A stretch of DNA of 64,000 nt from Candidatus Parcubacteria bacterium. GTDB taxonomy: Bacteria > Patescibacteriota > Minisyncoccia > UBA6257 > JAGOQP01. This document shows, piece after piece, positions 49,819 through 58,149 of the stretch (within the stretch, counting starts at the first letter, position 1; each line of letters begins with the position of its first letter). The translations under genes were made by a program, and so were the position numbers. The stretch spans positions 173,638-237,637 of the forward strand of contig AP024682.1 of NCBI GenBank assembly GCA_025999395.1, in the 5' to 3' direction. The notes beneath the pieces were generated by a model that was not told where the DNA came from, did no database searches, and was given only the letters and a program-made list of their open reading frames with translations.

Positions 49819-51066
49819 ATGAGAATAAAAGATATTCATCTGAAGGTTATTTTAGATTCTCGAGGCCAGTCAACTTTAGAAGCTGAATTTTTTGCTGAGC
49901 TGAAAGGAGAAACAAAGTCGGTTATCTCTAGCGTTCCTTCGGGAAAGAGCAAGGGAAGTTATGAGGTGGTTTTTTTAGAGCCTCAGCTAGCTTTAGAAAA
50001 ATTTGATCAAGTTAAAGAAAAAATTTTGGCTCGAGATTTTGTAAGTCAAAAAGAATTTGATGATTTTTTAATTTCTTTAGATGGAACTTCTTCTAAAAAA
50101 ATTTTGGGAGGGAATTTGATTTTGGTACTTTCTATGGGCTTTGCTCGGCTCTCAGCTCTCTTCCAAGGAATTCCTCTTTATCAGTATTTAAGAAAGGAGC
50201 TTGAAGGTTTTGAGGTTTCCTTTATTCCTGTCTTTCCTTTTCCTTTTTTTAATGTTATTAACGGCGGCGCTCATTCGGGTTTAAGAAATGAAGGAAAAAA
50301 TTTTTTGGATTTTCAGGAATTTCAGATTATTCCTCAGGTTAAGGATTACTCTGTTGGATTAAGTGTGGCTCAAGAATTTTATAAAAAACTTCAAAGATTT
50401 TTAGAGGAAAAATTTAGCAAAGACCAAGTGTTTTTGGGGGATGAAGCTGGTTTTTCCTGCCCTTTTTCTTCAAATGAAGAAGCCTTAGAAATTATTTTTG
50501 AATTAATTAAGAAGGCTCATTATCCTTTAAAGATTGGTTTGGATATCGCCGCTTCTCAGATTTTTGAAAAGGGCGGCTATAGAATTGGCGGCAAACTTTT
50601 AAGCTCCTCTCAATTAGCTGACTACTATAAAGATTTAATTAATCGCTACGAAATAATTTCAATCGAAGATCCTTTTTTTGAAGATTCTTTTGATGATTTT
50701 TCTAATTTTCTTTCTCTTTTTAAAGACGCTTCTAACTTTTTAGTGATTGCTGATGATTTAACGGTGACAAATAAAGAGCGCTTAACAACAGCAATCACCA
50801 AGAAATCCGCCAATGCTATTTTAATAAAATTAACTCAAATTGGTACCGTATCCGAAGCTTTAGAAGTAGTTGCTTTTGCTTATAAAAATAATTGGAAGGC
50901 TGTTGTTAGTCACAGAAGTGGTGAAACTTTAGATGATTTTATTGCTGATTTCGCTGTAGGGATTGGTGCTTGGGGAATAAAAGCAGGTGCTCCAGCAAAA
51001 CCCGAAAGAATGGCAAAATATTATCGCTTATTAGAAATTTGGCAAGAAATTAATCAAAAAAGTTAG
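49819..51066 (+). CDS. eno: enolase (divergent)
   Basis: N-terminal VILDSRGQSTLEAEF, NVINGGAHSG, C-terminal SHRSGETLDDFIADFAVGIGAWGIKAGAPAKPERMAKYYRLLEI. Confidence 0.8.
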   Translation: MRIKDIHLKVILDSRGQSTLEAEFFAELKGETKSVISSVPSGKSKGSYEVVFLEPQLALEKFDQVKEKILARDFVSQKEFDDFLISLDGTSSKKILGGNLILVLSMGFARLSALFQGIPLYQYLRKELEGFEVSFIPVFPFPFFNVINGGAHSGLRNEGKNFLDFQEFQIIPQVKDYSVGLSVAQEFYKKLQRFLEEKFSKDQVFLGDEAGFSCPFSSNEEALEIIFELIKKAHYPLKIGLDIAASQIFEKGGYRIGGKLLSSSQLADYYKDLINRYEIISIEDPFFEDSFDDFSNFLSLFKDASNFLVIADDLTVTNKERLTTAITKKSANAILIKLTQIGTVSEALEVVAFAYKNNWKAVVSHRSGETLDDFIADFAVGIGAWGIKAGAPAKPERMAKYYRLLEIWQEINQKS

Positions 51067-51106
51067 TTTTATTGAATCCAAGAATTATTCCTGATATTAT
51101 CAGCTT

Positions 51107-51421
51107 ATGGCAAAAATTAATGAGGAACTTTTAGATCATCTTTTTCATTTGGCTAAGATTGAAAAAGAACACAACCCTCAACGTCGTCAGAAACTTCTCA
51201 ATGATTTAGAGAAGATTTTAAACTATTTTAACCAACTTCAAGAAGTCGAAACTCAAGAGGTAGAACCAATGACCGGGGGAACTTTTTTAGCAAATGTCTT
51301 CCGCAAAGACGAAGAAAAAATTTTTTCTCCTCAAGAAAAGGAAGAAGCTAAGGAAAGATCTTTAGCTCAATTTTCTTCAAGAGAAGAAAGATTTCTAAAA
51401 ACTCCCCCGGTTTTTGATTGA
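51107..51421 (+). CDS. gatC: Asp/Glu-tRNA amidotransferase subunit C
   Basis: 104 aa, HLAKIEKEHNP ... LNYFNQLQEVETQEVEPMTG typical GatC. Confidence 0.7.
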   Translation: MAKINEELLDHLFHLAKIEKEHNPQRRQKLLNDLEKILNYFNQLQEVETQEVEPMTGGTFLANVFRKDEEKIFSPQEKEEAKERSLAQFSSREERFLKTPPVFD

Positions 51422-52944
51422 TTTTTACTTTGAAATTATTTTTTGTTGTTTTTATGTTTTTTGAGAGAAATTTTACTATTGAAAAATATCGGCAGGGAAT
51501 TTTGAAGAGAGAATTTTCTCTAACTCAAGCAATTGAAGCTTTTTTTGATTATTTGAAGGAGAAAGATAAAGATTTAGGAGCTTTTTTGGAAATTTTCGAA
51601 AGTGCGGGGAAAAATCAAGCGCGAGTATTAGATAAAAAACTTTCTCAGCTTTCTGAAAAAGAGCGTGCTAATCTTTCTCCTCTTTTTGGAGTGCCTTTGG
51701 CGATTAAGGATAATATTTTAATTGCTGGTTTTAAAACTACCGCCGCTTCCAAAATTTTAGCCAATTACATCGCCTCTTATGATGCAACAGTAATTAAAAA
51801 ACTTAAAAAGGAAGAGGTTATTTTTTTGGGAAAAACTAATTTAGATGAATTTGCGATGGGCGCTTCCACTGAATATTCAGCCTTTAAAAAAACAAGAAAT
51901 CCTTATGACTTATCTAAAGTACCGGGAGGCTCTTCGGGAGGGTCTGCGGTGGCGGTAGCGGCTAATATGGCTTTAGGAGCTTTGGGATCAGATACGGGTG
52001 GCTCAATTAGACAGCCAGCTTCTTTTTGTGGAGTGGTGGGATTAAAGCCAAGCTATGGGGCGGTTTCTCGCTACGGTTTGATTGCCTTAGCTTCGAGTTT
52101 AGATCAGATTGGTCCTTTTGCCAAAACAGTGGCAGATGTCGCTTTAATTTTTAAAGCGATTGCTGGTTTTGATGATTTTGATTCCACTTCGGTTAAGGTT
52201 GATTGGTCGAGGGTTGATGAGTATGAACCCTCTGCGGCAAAAAAATTAAAAATTGGAGTTCCTAAGGAATATTTTGTCGAAGGAATGGAAGAGGAGGTGA
52301 AAGAAGCGGTAATGAAAGTGGTTGAAAAGTTTAAAGCTGATGGATTTGAAATAAAAGAAATTTCTTTGCCTCATACTCAGTACGCTGTTTCTTGCTACTA
52401 TATTATTTTGCCTGCGGAAGCCAGCGCTAATTTGGCGCGTTATGATGGATTGCGTTATTCTCCAGTGGCTGAACTGAAAACTGAAAACTTAAGTTTGTGG
52501 GATTATTATTTAAAGCAAAGAAGTGTTGGTATTGGCGATGAACCAAGGCGGCGAATTTTGTTAGGGAACTTTGTTCTTTCTTCAGGGTATTATGATGCTT
52601 ATTATGCTAAAGCCCAAAAGGTGCGTCGTTTAATTTTGAATGATTTTGAAAATGTTTTTCAAAAAGGAAAAGACGGAGTGGATGTTATTTTAGCTCCGGT
52701 GTCTCCCACCAAAGCTTTTGAAATTGGTGCTAAAGCCGATGATCCCTTGGCGATGTATTTGGCTGATATTTTTACCATTCCTGCTAACTTAGCTGGACTT
52801 TGCGCTCTTTCTTTGCCAGCTGAAAATCCTCAAAACTTTAGCAAAGAAAATATGCCGGTTAATTTTCAATTAATCGGCCGTCGATTTGAAGAAAAAAACA
52901 TCCTTAATTTAGGAAGATATTTCGAAGAAGAATTAAGAGACTAA
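51418..52944 (+). CDS. gatA: Glu-tRNA(Gln)/Asp-tRNA(Asn) amidotransferase subunit A (amidase signature)
   Basis: amidase signature GGSSGGSAVAVAANMALGALGSDTGGSIRQPASFCGVVGLKPSYG; start may be ATG 51454 rather than 51418. Confidence 0.85.
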   Translation: MIFTLKLFFVVFMFFERNFTIEKYRQGILKREFSLTQAIEAFFDYLKEKDKDLGAFLEIFESAGKNQARVLDKKLSQLSEKERANLSPLFGVPLAIKDNILIAGFKTTAASKILANYIASYDATVIKKLKKEEVIFLGKTNLDEFAMGASTEYSAFKKTRNPYDLSKVPGGSSGGSAVAVAANMALGALGSDTGGSIRQPASFCGVVGLKPSYGAVSRYGLIALASSLDQIGPFAKTVADVALIFKAIAGFDDFDSTSVKVDWSRVDEYEPSAAKKLKIGVPKEYFVEGMEEEVKEAVMKVVEKFKADGFEIKEISLPHTQYAVSCYYIILPAEASANLARYDGLRYSPVAELKTENLSLWDYYLKQRSVGIGDEPRRRILLGNFVLSSGYYDAYYAKAQKVRRLILNDFENVFQKGKDGVDVILAPVSPTKAFEIGAKADDPLAMYLADIFTIPANLAGLCALSLPAENPQNFSKENMPVNFQLIGRRFEEKNILNLGRYFEEELRD

Positions 52945-52952
52945 TTATTTTG

Positions 52953-53026
52953 CGCGGCCGACCGGACTTGAACCGGCAACCCCCGCCGTGACAGGGCGGT
53001 GCTCTGACCAATTGAGCTACGACCGC
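52953..53026 (-). tRNA. tRNA-Asp (GTC)
   Basis: GCGGTCG-TA-GCTC-AATTGGTCA-GAGC-A-CCGCC-CTGTCAC-GGCGG-GGGTT-GCCGG-TTCAAGT-CCGGT-CGGCCGC-G; 74 nt, no encoded CCA. Confidence 0.85.
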
Positions 53027-53248
53027 TTAGAACCTCCACTGAAAATGTGAAGTGTGAAAATGGAGGTGTGTTGCGTGCTGTATGTGCTGTAGTGTGTGCT
53101 GTAGTTAAGTAAGGATGTTTTTTGACGACCCGGCGGGGTTGGACCGCTTCCTCTTTTTAGTTTTTTATGAGGTTTTTCGGGTCGCTTTTGTATTCTATTA
53201 AAAGAGAATTAAAAGTCAAGAAAAATTTTGGAGAAAAGATTGATTTTG

Positions 53249-53320
53249 TTGCGGGGGAGGGATTTGCACCCTCGATCTCCTGGTTATGAGCCAGGCGAGA
53301 TACTACTTCTCCACCCCGCT
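53249..53320 (-). tRNA. tRNA-Met (CAT), initiator-like (unpaired A1:A72, A11)
   Basis: AGCGGGG-TG-GAGA-AGTAGTA-TCTC-G-CCTGG-CTCATAA-CCAGG-AGATC-GAGGG-TGCAAAT-CCCTC-CCCCGCA-A; aligns closely to bacterial tRNA-fMet. Confidence 0.8.
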
Positions 53321-53346
53321 ATCTTACTATTGAAAAGTCGGCTTTC

Positions 53347-53375
53347 ATTCTATATTTTTTTATTGTTTTTGTCAA
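53347..53375 (-). promoter_or_regulatory. minus-strand sigma70-like promoter TTGACA-N17-TAGAAT driving tRNA-Met
   Basis: rc of 53370-53375 = TTGACA, rc of 53347-53352 = TAGAAT; about 26 nt upstream of tRNA 5' end. Confidence 0.5.
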
Positions 53376-53380
53376 TTCTT

Positions 53381-53410
53381 TAAAAAGAAAAAAGCCGCTT
53401 TTGCGGCTTG
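53381..53410 (-). terminator. minus-strand rho-independent terminator immediately upstream of the tRNA promoter
   Basis: minus strand reads caagccgc-aaaa-gcggctt followed by TTTTTTCTTTTT. Confidence 0.5.
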
Positions 53411-53460
53411 GGTGTACTTTTTGTTGTGTGTGGTAAGTGTGCGATGAAACGCAATGAGAC

Positions 53461-53556
53461 GGTTGCGGCGCGGTCGGTTTGTTTCTTTGTTTCTTTTGTT
53501 TTTTTAACTAAACTAACTAATTATAGTAAGTATATAAAAGGGACCGCGCCGCAACC
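53461..53556. repeat. 15-bp perfect GC-rich inverted repeat (GGTTGCGGCGCGGTC / GACCGCGCCGCAACC) enclosing 66-nt AT-rich loop
   Basis: seen directly; GC-rich stems in AT-rich intergenic DNA; MITE-like or structured RNA. Confidence 0.7.
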
Positions 53557-53723
53557 AGTGTAATAATAGCATATTTAAAAATAAAGTCAAGTGCAGGCAG
53601 TTGTTATAAAAACCGATTTTCTTTAGTTTCACTCAATGGTGTTTTGGTTAATAGTATTTTGTGCGGTGCTTTTTTCAAAATAAAATCCGCCTCTAAGGCG
53701 GAAAGAGTGCTGATATAATAAAT

Positions 53724-53858
53724 GGATGCGGTGTACACTAAAGATGGGCTTTTTTGACGGGACCCCCCTTTGTCTGTTGCTGGGGGGCGAAAGTTGGCTG
53801 GAAAAAATGGACAAAAGTGGACAAGTGGACAAAAAAGATGGGAGTGTACACCGCATCC
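53724..53858. repeat. 16-bp perfect inverted repeat (GGATGCGGTGTACACT / AGTGTACACCGCATCC) enclosing 103 nt with internal C6/G6 hairpin, AAAGATGGG direct repeats and triple TGGACAA tandem array
   Basis: seen directly; 53808-53832 tggacaaaa-gtggacaa-gtggacaaa; left arm shares GG(A/T)TGCGG(C/T)G with the 53461 element. Confidence 0.7.
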
Positions 53859-53957
53859 GCGTCTCTTATCTTAAGAAAAACACTTTTTATTTTATAAGTC
53901 AAGTTTATTTTTGTCTTTATTTCTGTTAAAATCCTTTTAATTTTTTAACTGGTTTTT

Positions 53958-54395
53958 ATGACCAAAAAAAGAAAAGAAGAAATTTTAAAAGAAATCGTTG
54001 AATACTCTCAAAAATTCGTTGGTGTTCCTTATAAATACGGAGCAAAAATGGAAGAGGCGCCTCATTTTTTTGATTGCTCAAGTTTTGTTAAATATGTTTA
54101 TGAGCAATTTGGTTTTTTCCTTCCCCGAAGCACCATTCTTCAAGCTGAATTTTTAAGAAAAACAGTTAAAAGTTTAGATGATTTAAGAGAGGGAGATTTA
54201 CTTTATCTTCATGGTACTCGAGGCTATTACACCAAAAAGTTTCCTCAAGGAATTGGCCATGTAGCAATTTATCTTGGTGATGGAAAGGTTATTCACGCTG
54301 ATGGAAGCAGCAAAAAGCCGGGGGTAAAAATTGAAAAAATGGAAAAAGTTATAGAAAGAAAAAAGCCACTTGTTGTTATTAAAAGAGTGGTTTAG
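53958..54395 (+). CDS. NlpC/P60-family cell-wall peptidase
   Basis: catalytic Cys (FDCSSFVKYVYEQFG) and His (IGHVAIYLGDGKVIHA) in NlpC/P60 arrangement. Confidence 0.75.
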   Translation: MTKKRKEEILKEIVEYSQKFVGVPYKYGAKMEEAPHFFDCSSFVKYVYEQFGFFLPRSTILQAEFLRKTVKSLDDLREGDLLYLHGTRGYYTKKFPQGIGHVAIYLGDGKVIHADGSSKKPGVKIEKMEKVIERKKPLVVIKRVV

Positions 54396-54492
54396 ATTTT
54401 GGCCTTTTAAAGTTTTTTATTATTTTTAGGGTTTGATTTTTTTATTTTAACCTCTTGAAGAGCTTGTTTTTAAAAGCTATACTTCCAAAAAC

Positions 54493-54566
54493 GGCAGGGT
54501 AGCTCAGTTGGTTAGAGCGGGCGTTTCATAAGCGTCAGGTCGTGGGTTCGAATCCCACCCCTGCTA
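54493..54566 (+). tRNA. tRNA with CAT anticodon (elongator Met or Ile2-lysidine; not distinguishable by eye)
   Basis: GGCAGGG-TA-GCTC-AGTTGGTTA-GAGC-G-GGCGT-TTCATAA-GCGTC-AGGTC-GTGGG-TTCGAAT-CCCAC-CCCTGCT-A. Confidence 0.75.
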
Positions 54567-54665
54567 CTCTTCTCTATCTATCGAAGGCAAGTTCTTGGTA
54601 AGCTAGATTCTTTTACCAAAGGAAGATAATTAAAAAGCTTAAAAAAAGTAAAAATGTTATCAAGT

Positions 54666-55325
54666 TCAAACTTTGATAGTTTTTATTTCTTTTATTAGTT
54701 GTTTTATCCTTTTCCCCCACAAGCTATTTTTTATTTTGTTATCTACTTTTTCAAACAATGTTTCTAATTTTTTTAGGTAGTGTTTGCTTTTTTCAAACTG
54801 TTTTGTGAGGTTGTAAAACTTCACCAAGTTTGAGTAACACGCCCAGTTGTTTGGCTCAATTTTCATTCCTTTAAGTAGCCATTTTTCGGCGTTTTTGTAA
54901 TCTCCAATGGATTCATAAATGAATCCCACATTTTGGACATAAATTCCATAATCTAATTTATTCTGTTTAGCTAATTTAATAGCCTTTTTGGCGTAGGGGA
55001 GAGCTCTTTTGCTTTTTCTGTGCCATCAAACTCTTCCTATTCCCCAAACTGCTCCGGGAAGTTTTGGATTTATTTTTATGGCCTTTTGATAAAACTTAAT
55101 TGCTTTGTCTTCTAATTTTTTCCTTTCTTGTCCCTTCTTTCTTAAAGCAAGGTGGTCGTACAATAAACCTAAATGACAGAGAAAAAAATAATTTCTTGTC
55201 ATCTCTCTATTTTTACGCCCCAGCTTTTCCAGTTGTTGTATTCCCCATTTATATCTGTAGTTATTTGCGGCAGCTCTGAAAATCTCTTCTATCTTTTTAG
55301 ATTTATCTTCTTTTGGTTTTTCCAT
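54666..55325 (-). pseudogene. TPR-repeat protein gene interrupted by a single in-frame TGA (55028-55026 on minus strand)
   Basis: track ORFs 55026..55325 and 54666..54929 are in the same frame; read-through gives continuous TPR sequence ...GAVWGIGRV*WHRKSKRALPYAKKAIKLAKQNKLDYGIYVQNVGFIYESIGDYKNAEKWLL... Confidence 0.55.
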
Positions 55326-55545
55326 AATTACGAATATAAATGATCTCAGTATTTAATAGTACTCTAAATTTACTGGTTTTTGTATACTTGAGCTGACTTC
55401 TATTATAACTAATGCCCAATTTTATTTATTCGATGTTTTCACTACTTTCTAAAAATCAGCGGAGAGATTATGCAATTGTTGATTCTTATTTGTTTATGTT
55501 TGTTTTGGGTTATTGTATAATTCGAGTAAAATACACTGAAATACA

Positions 55546-55860
55546 GTGAAAGAAAATATGAAGGAAAAAGAAGTAAAAATAACAAGGAGTTACGAGCATG
55601 CAGATAAAGGAGAATTAGAATGGAAGGAATCTGAGGCAAGAAGAATAAGGGAAAGAATCATAAATTTAAGAAGGGATCAAATCGGAGCTTTGTCGTATTT
55701 GATTGGCGTAGAGTTTCCAAGAGACGAACTTGATCAGATTGTGTTGGAAATAAAAGAAAATGGCCAAAATTCTGTTAATATAGACGCCATTGTCTATGAA
55801 GCGGAATCAAAAGAAAAATTACTTTGGTGGCTTGATTATTTTGAGCGGCGCAACAAGTGA
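55546..55860 (+). CDS. hypothetical 104-aa protein, copy 1 of duplicated module (identical to copy 2)
   Basis: MKEKEVKITRSYEHADKGELEWKESEARRIRERIINLRRDQIGALSYLIGVEFPRDELDQIVLEIKENGQNSVNIDAIVYEAESKEKLLWWLDYFERRNK; no recognisable domain. Confidence 0.5.
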   Translation: MKENMKEKEVKITRSYEHADKGELEWKESEARRIRERIINLRRDQIGALSYLIGVEFPRDELDQIVLEIKENGQNSVNIDAIVYEAESKEKLLWWLDYFERRNK

Positions 55861-55990
55861 TTTTTTTATTGGTTTACGCCTTCTTTTTTATATTTATACT
55901 TAAACAAATACAGTATTGACTTAAAAATTATTTCTTATAATAATAATTATTGAAGCCGAGAGATTGGCTCTCGGCATAGCACATTAACAA
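55558..55990 (+). repeat. 433-bp direct repeat copy 1 (gene + promoter/5'UTR), 1 mismatch vs copy 2 at 58796..59228
   Basis: nucleotide identity from the ATG through ...ctctcggca[t/c]agcacattaacaa; both copies followed after about 22 divergent nt by shared CCCCAGAAAGGAGGTGAGA RBS block. Confidence 0.9.
55916..55944 (+). promoter_or_regulatory. promoter-like TTGACT ... TATAAT/AATAAT plus 8-bp perfect hairpin (gccgagag-attgg-ctctcggc) in the 5'UTR of peptide gene A; same in copy 2
   Basis: TTGACT 55916-55921, TATAAT 55936-55941 (14-nt spacer) or AATAAT with 17-nt spacer. Confidence 0.35.
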
Positions 55991-56034
55991 AGTTTAGACC
56001 TGGGTGAGATATCCCCAGAAAGGAGGTGAGAAGA

Positions 56035-56187
56035 ATGGCTCGCAGAAAAACATCTAGAATTCTCCGTGCTATTCGTCGAGAGGTGAAGAAGGAGAAAAAG
56101 CTTCATTTCAAGATTCGAATTACACCTGGTTGCAGCGAACTGAATTGCAGTACTTACTGCTCTGATCATGAGGATGCTGATCACTAA
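56035..56187 (+). CDS. 50-aa Cys-rich peptide A (putative RiPP precursor): basic leader + C-terminal core ITPGCSELNCSTYCSDHEDADH
   Basis: ATG 56035 nine nt after GGAGGTGA; MARRKTSRILRAIRREVKKEKKLHFKIRITPGCSELNCSTYCSDHEDADH; stop TAA 56185; below ORF-track size cutoff; directly upstream of rSAM/SPASM gene. Confidence 0.55.
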   Translation: MARRKTSRILRAIRREVKKEKKLHFKIRITPGCSELNCSTYCSDHEDADH

Positions 56188-56203
56188 CGAGAGTGGTTCT
56201 CGA

Positions 56204-56242
56204 GGGGGCGTAGTTGTCTTTTTTTAAAACAACTGCGCCCCC
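56204..56242 (+). promoter_or_regulatory. 14-bp stem-loop (GGGGGCGTAGTTGT / ACAACTGCGCCCCC) between peptide A and the radical SAM gene; no T-run
   Basis: one G.U pair, 10-11-nt loop; typical position of the processing/attenuator hairpin that sets precursor:enzyme stoichiometry in RiPP operons. Confidence 0.5.
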
Positions 56243-56276
56243 ACCGTATTTGTGCGAAGATGTAAGGAGGTGTAGG

Positions 56277-57359
56277 ATGAGAAAAAAGATGACAGTTATG
56301 ATATTACCGGTGGGATTAAGTTGTAACATGGCCTGTAAGTATTGTTATCACGATGGCAGGCCGCGTGTGAACGAGAAGCAAAGCAGAATGTCAGTTGATT
56401 TATTAAGAAAGTTGATTAAAGACAGCGCAGAATTAGCCAGTGATATTGATTTTGTTTGGCATGGAGGAGAACCGCTTCTTGCTGGAATGGAACACTTTAA
56501 GACCGCCATTGATATTCAAAGGAAGACTTGTTTTTCGGGGCGAGTCAGAAACATCATTCAAACCAATGGGGTTCTTTTGAATAAATCTTGGTGTCGATTT
56601 CTTTCGCTGAATCATTTCATAATAAGTACAAGTCTTGATGGTCCTGCAGAAATCAATGATGCAAATCGTCTTTTATTAGGAGGTGGAAAAACCTATCATC
56701 GTGTTGCAAGAGCGGTTCGATTATGGAAGCAAACCGGTAATCAAATGGGAGCTGTTGCTCTAGTAACCAGAACAAATGTAAGGTATCCTGCAGAAACGTA
56801 CAGAGGCTTGAAAAGAGTAGGTTTTAAGAGTTGTGCTTTTCACGTCTGTTCTCAAAATGATGATCAATCTGTTGATCTTGTACCCTCTGCTGAAGAAGCG
56901 GCTTATTTTCTTAAGTCGGTTTTTGATTTGTGGTTCGAGGAGGATGATCCCACGTTTTTAATTCGCAACTTTAGGAATGTTTTGAGAGTGTTGTGTGGGG
57001 GAGTAACAATTGATTGTGCCTCTCGTGTTGATGGTTGTTGGGGATTTATAGCCGTTACTGCTAACGGAGATGTTTATCCTTGTCATCGATTTGTCAACAG
57101 AACCAATTTTCGATTAGGAAATATATTAGAAGAAAGCCTCTCGGCTCTCTATAAGAAAGGATATTCACTTTACAGAGCGATGTGTTCTCTACCCGAAGAG
57201 TGTGAGCGGTGTGAATGGATAAATGTTTGCGGTGGGGGATGTGCATACGAACGTATCGTGGTTAATGGTTCTTTTCAAAGTATTCACCCAGCTTGTGAGG
57301 TAAAAAAAGAACTTTTTGCTCACATAAAAATCAAAACAAACGAGCTCATAAAGAAGTAA
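56277..57359 (+). CDS. radical SAM enzyme with C-terminal SPASM domain (anSME / peptide-maturase family)
   Basis: ATG 56277 with RBS AAGGAGG (track ORF extends upstream to 56214); CNMACKYCYHDG (CxxxCxxC), HGGEPLL, C-terminal CHRFVN...CERCEWINVCGGGCAYE auxiliary-cluster motif. Confidence 0.8.
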   Translation: MRKKMTVMILPVGLSCNMACKYCYHDGRPRVNEKQSRMSVDLLRKLIKDSAELASDIDFVWHGGEPLLAGMEHFKTAIDIQRKTCFSGRVRNIIQTNGVLLNKSWCRFLSLNHFIISTSLDGPAEINDANRLLLGGGKTYHRVARAVRLWKQTGNQMGAVALVTRTNVRYPAETYRGLKRVGFKSCAFHVCSQNDDQSVDLVPSAEEAAYFLKSVFDLWFEEDDPTFLIRNFRNVLRVLCGGVTIDCASRVDGCWGFIAVTANGDVYPCHRFVNRTNFRLGNILEESLSALYKKGYSLYRAMCSLPEECERCEWINVCGGGCAYERIVVNGSFQSIHPACEVKKELFAHIKIKTNELIKK

Positions 57360-58017
57360 CGAGCCGTTTCCGCACGGAGATGGCTCTTTTTTTTACCACA
57401 ATCCGAGCTATGGCGTGCTTATGTGGTTCTGGGTAACCCTGATGCCCTCTATCTTTTATTATTTCTTCTCTATAAAAAATTTTTTCGAAGTTTTCTTTAT
57501 CGAAGTGCTTAATTAACTCTTTAGGCTTGAGAAAATACCATTTATTTCCCTTTTTATCCCGAAAGGTCCTTTCGCTAGTTTTTATAAACTGTTTTGATCT
57601 ACTCATCTTTTTAAACATTTCGTCTTTAGTAGTGAAAGAAGAAATTATTATCAGTCCGTTTTCTTTTACCGCTGTTTTCATTTTTTTTATGATCGAGTCA
57701 AATTCTTTTTTTGAAAGAAAGAAGAGAGAGTTCGTTGCAATAATAGCAGAATAGTAGTTTTTGCGGAAAGAGAAGTCGCGGATATCTTTATGCTTAGCTT
57801 TGATGGATATATTTTGAGATTTGGCCAATCTCTTTATTTTTTCTATCTGGTTATTGTTTTTGTCAACCGCTGTTACTAAAAATCCTTTACTTGCCAGAAA
57901 CAAAGAGTTATTTCCTCTTCCACAACCCAAGTCTAACACTCTGCCTTTTGGTATGTACTTAACAAATTTACTTATTAGCGGAGAGGGTTGGTATTTGTGT
58001 TTATTATCCCGCTTCAT
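57346..58017 (-). CDS. class I SAM-dependent methyltransferase (TehB-like)
   Basis: VLDLGCGRGNNSLFLASKGFLVTAVD motif I; convergent with rSAM gene (14-nt overlap). Confidence 0.7.
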   Translation of the reverse strand: MKRDNKHKYQPSPLISKFVKYIPKGRVLDLGCGRGNNSLFLASKGFLVTAVDKNNNQIEKIKRLAKSQNISIKAKHKDIRDFSFRKNYYSAIIATNSLFFLSKKEFDSIIKKMKTAVKENGLIIISSFTTKDEMFKKMSRSKQFIKTSERTFRDKKGNKWYFLKPKELIKHFDKENFEKIFYREEIIKDRGHQGYPEPHKHAIARIVVKKRAISVRKRLVTSL

Positions 58018-58149
58018 AATCTAAGTTTTTTGTTTAATTTAGAAAAGATGGGTCTGGAGCAAACGATACTTCAAGTTTAAATTTGTATTTATTATAGTAT
58101 AGTATTAAAAAAGTTAAAAAATATCTCGTTTTTTAGCGTATTCATAAAA

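Noticed and set aside
53629-53929. Tracked ORFs 53629..53856 (-) and 53726..53929 (+)
   Set aside because: Overlap each other and the 16-bp inverted-repeat element; no RBS, low-complexity translations; the region is better explained as structured noncoding DNA.
55026-55028. In-frame TGA as evidence of genetic code 25 (UGA=Gly) or selenocysteine
   Set aside because: All other long genes terminate with or avoid TGA in frame under the standard code (the 1686-, 1377-, 1191-aa ORFs are intact); no SECIS-like hairpin or selenoprotein family. Pseudogene or sequencing error is more parsimonious.
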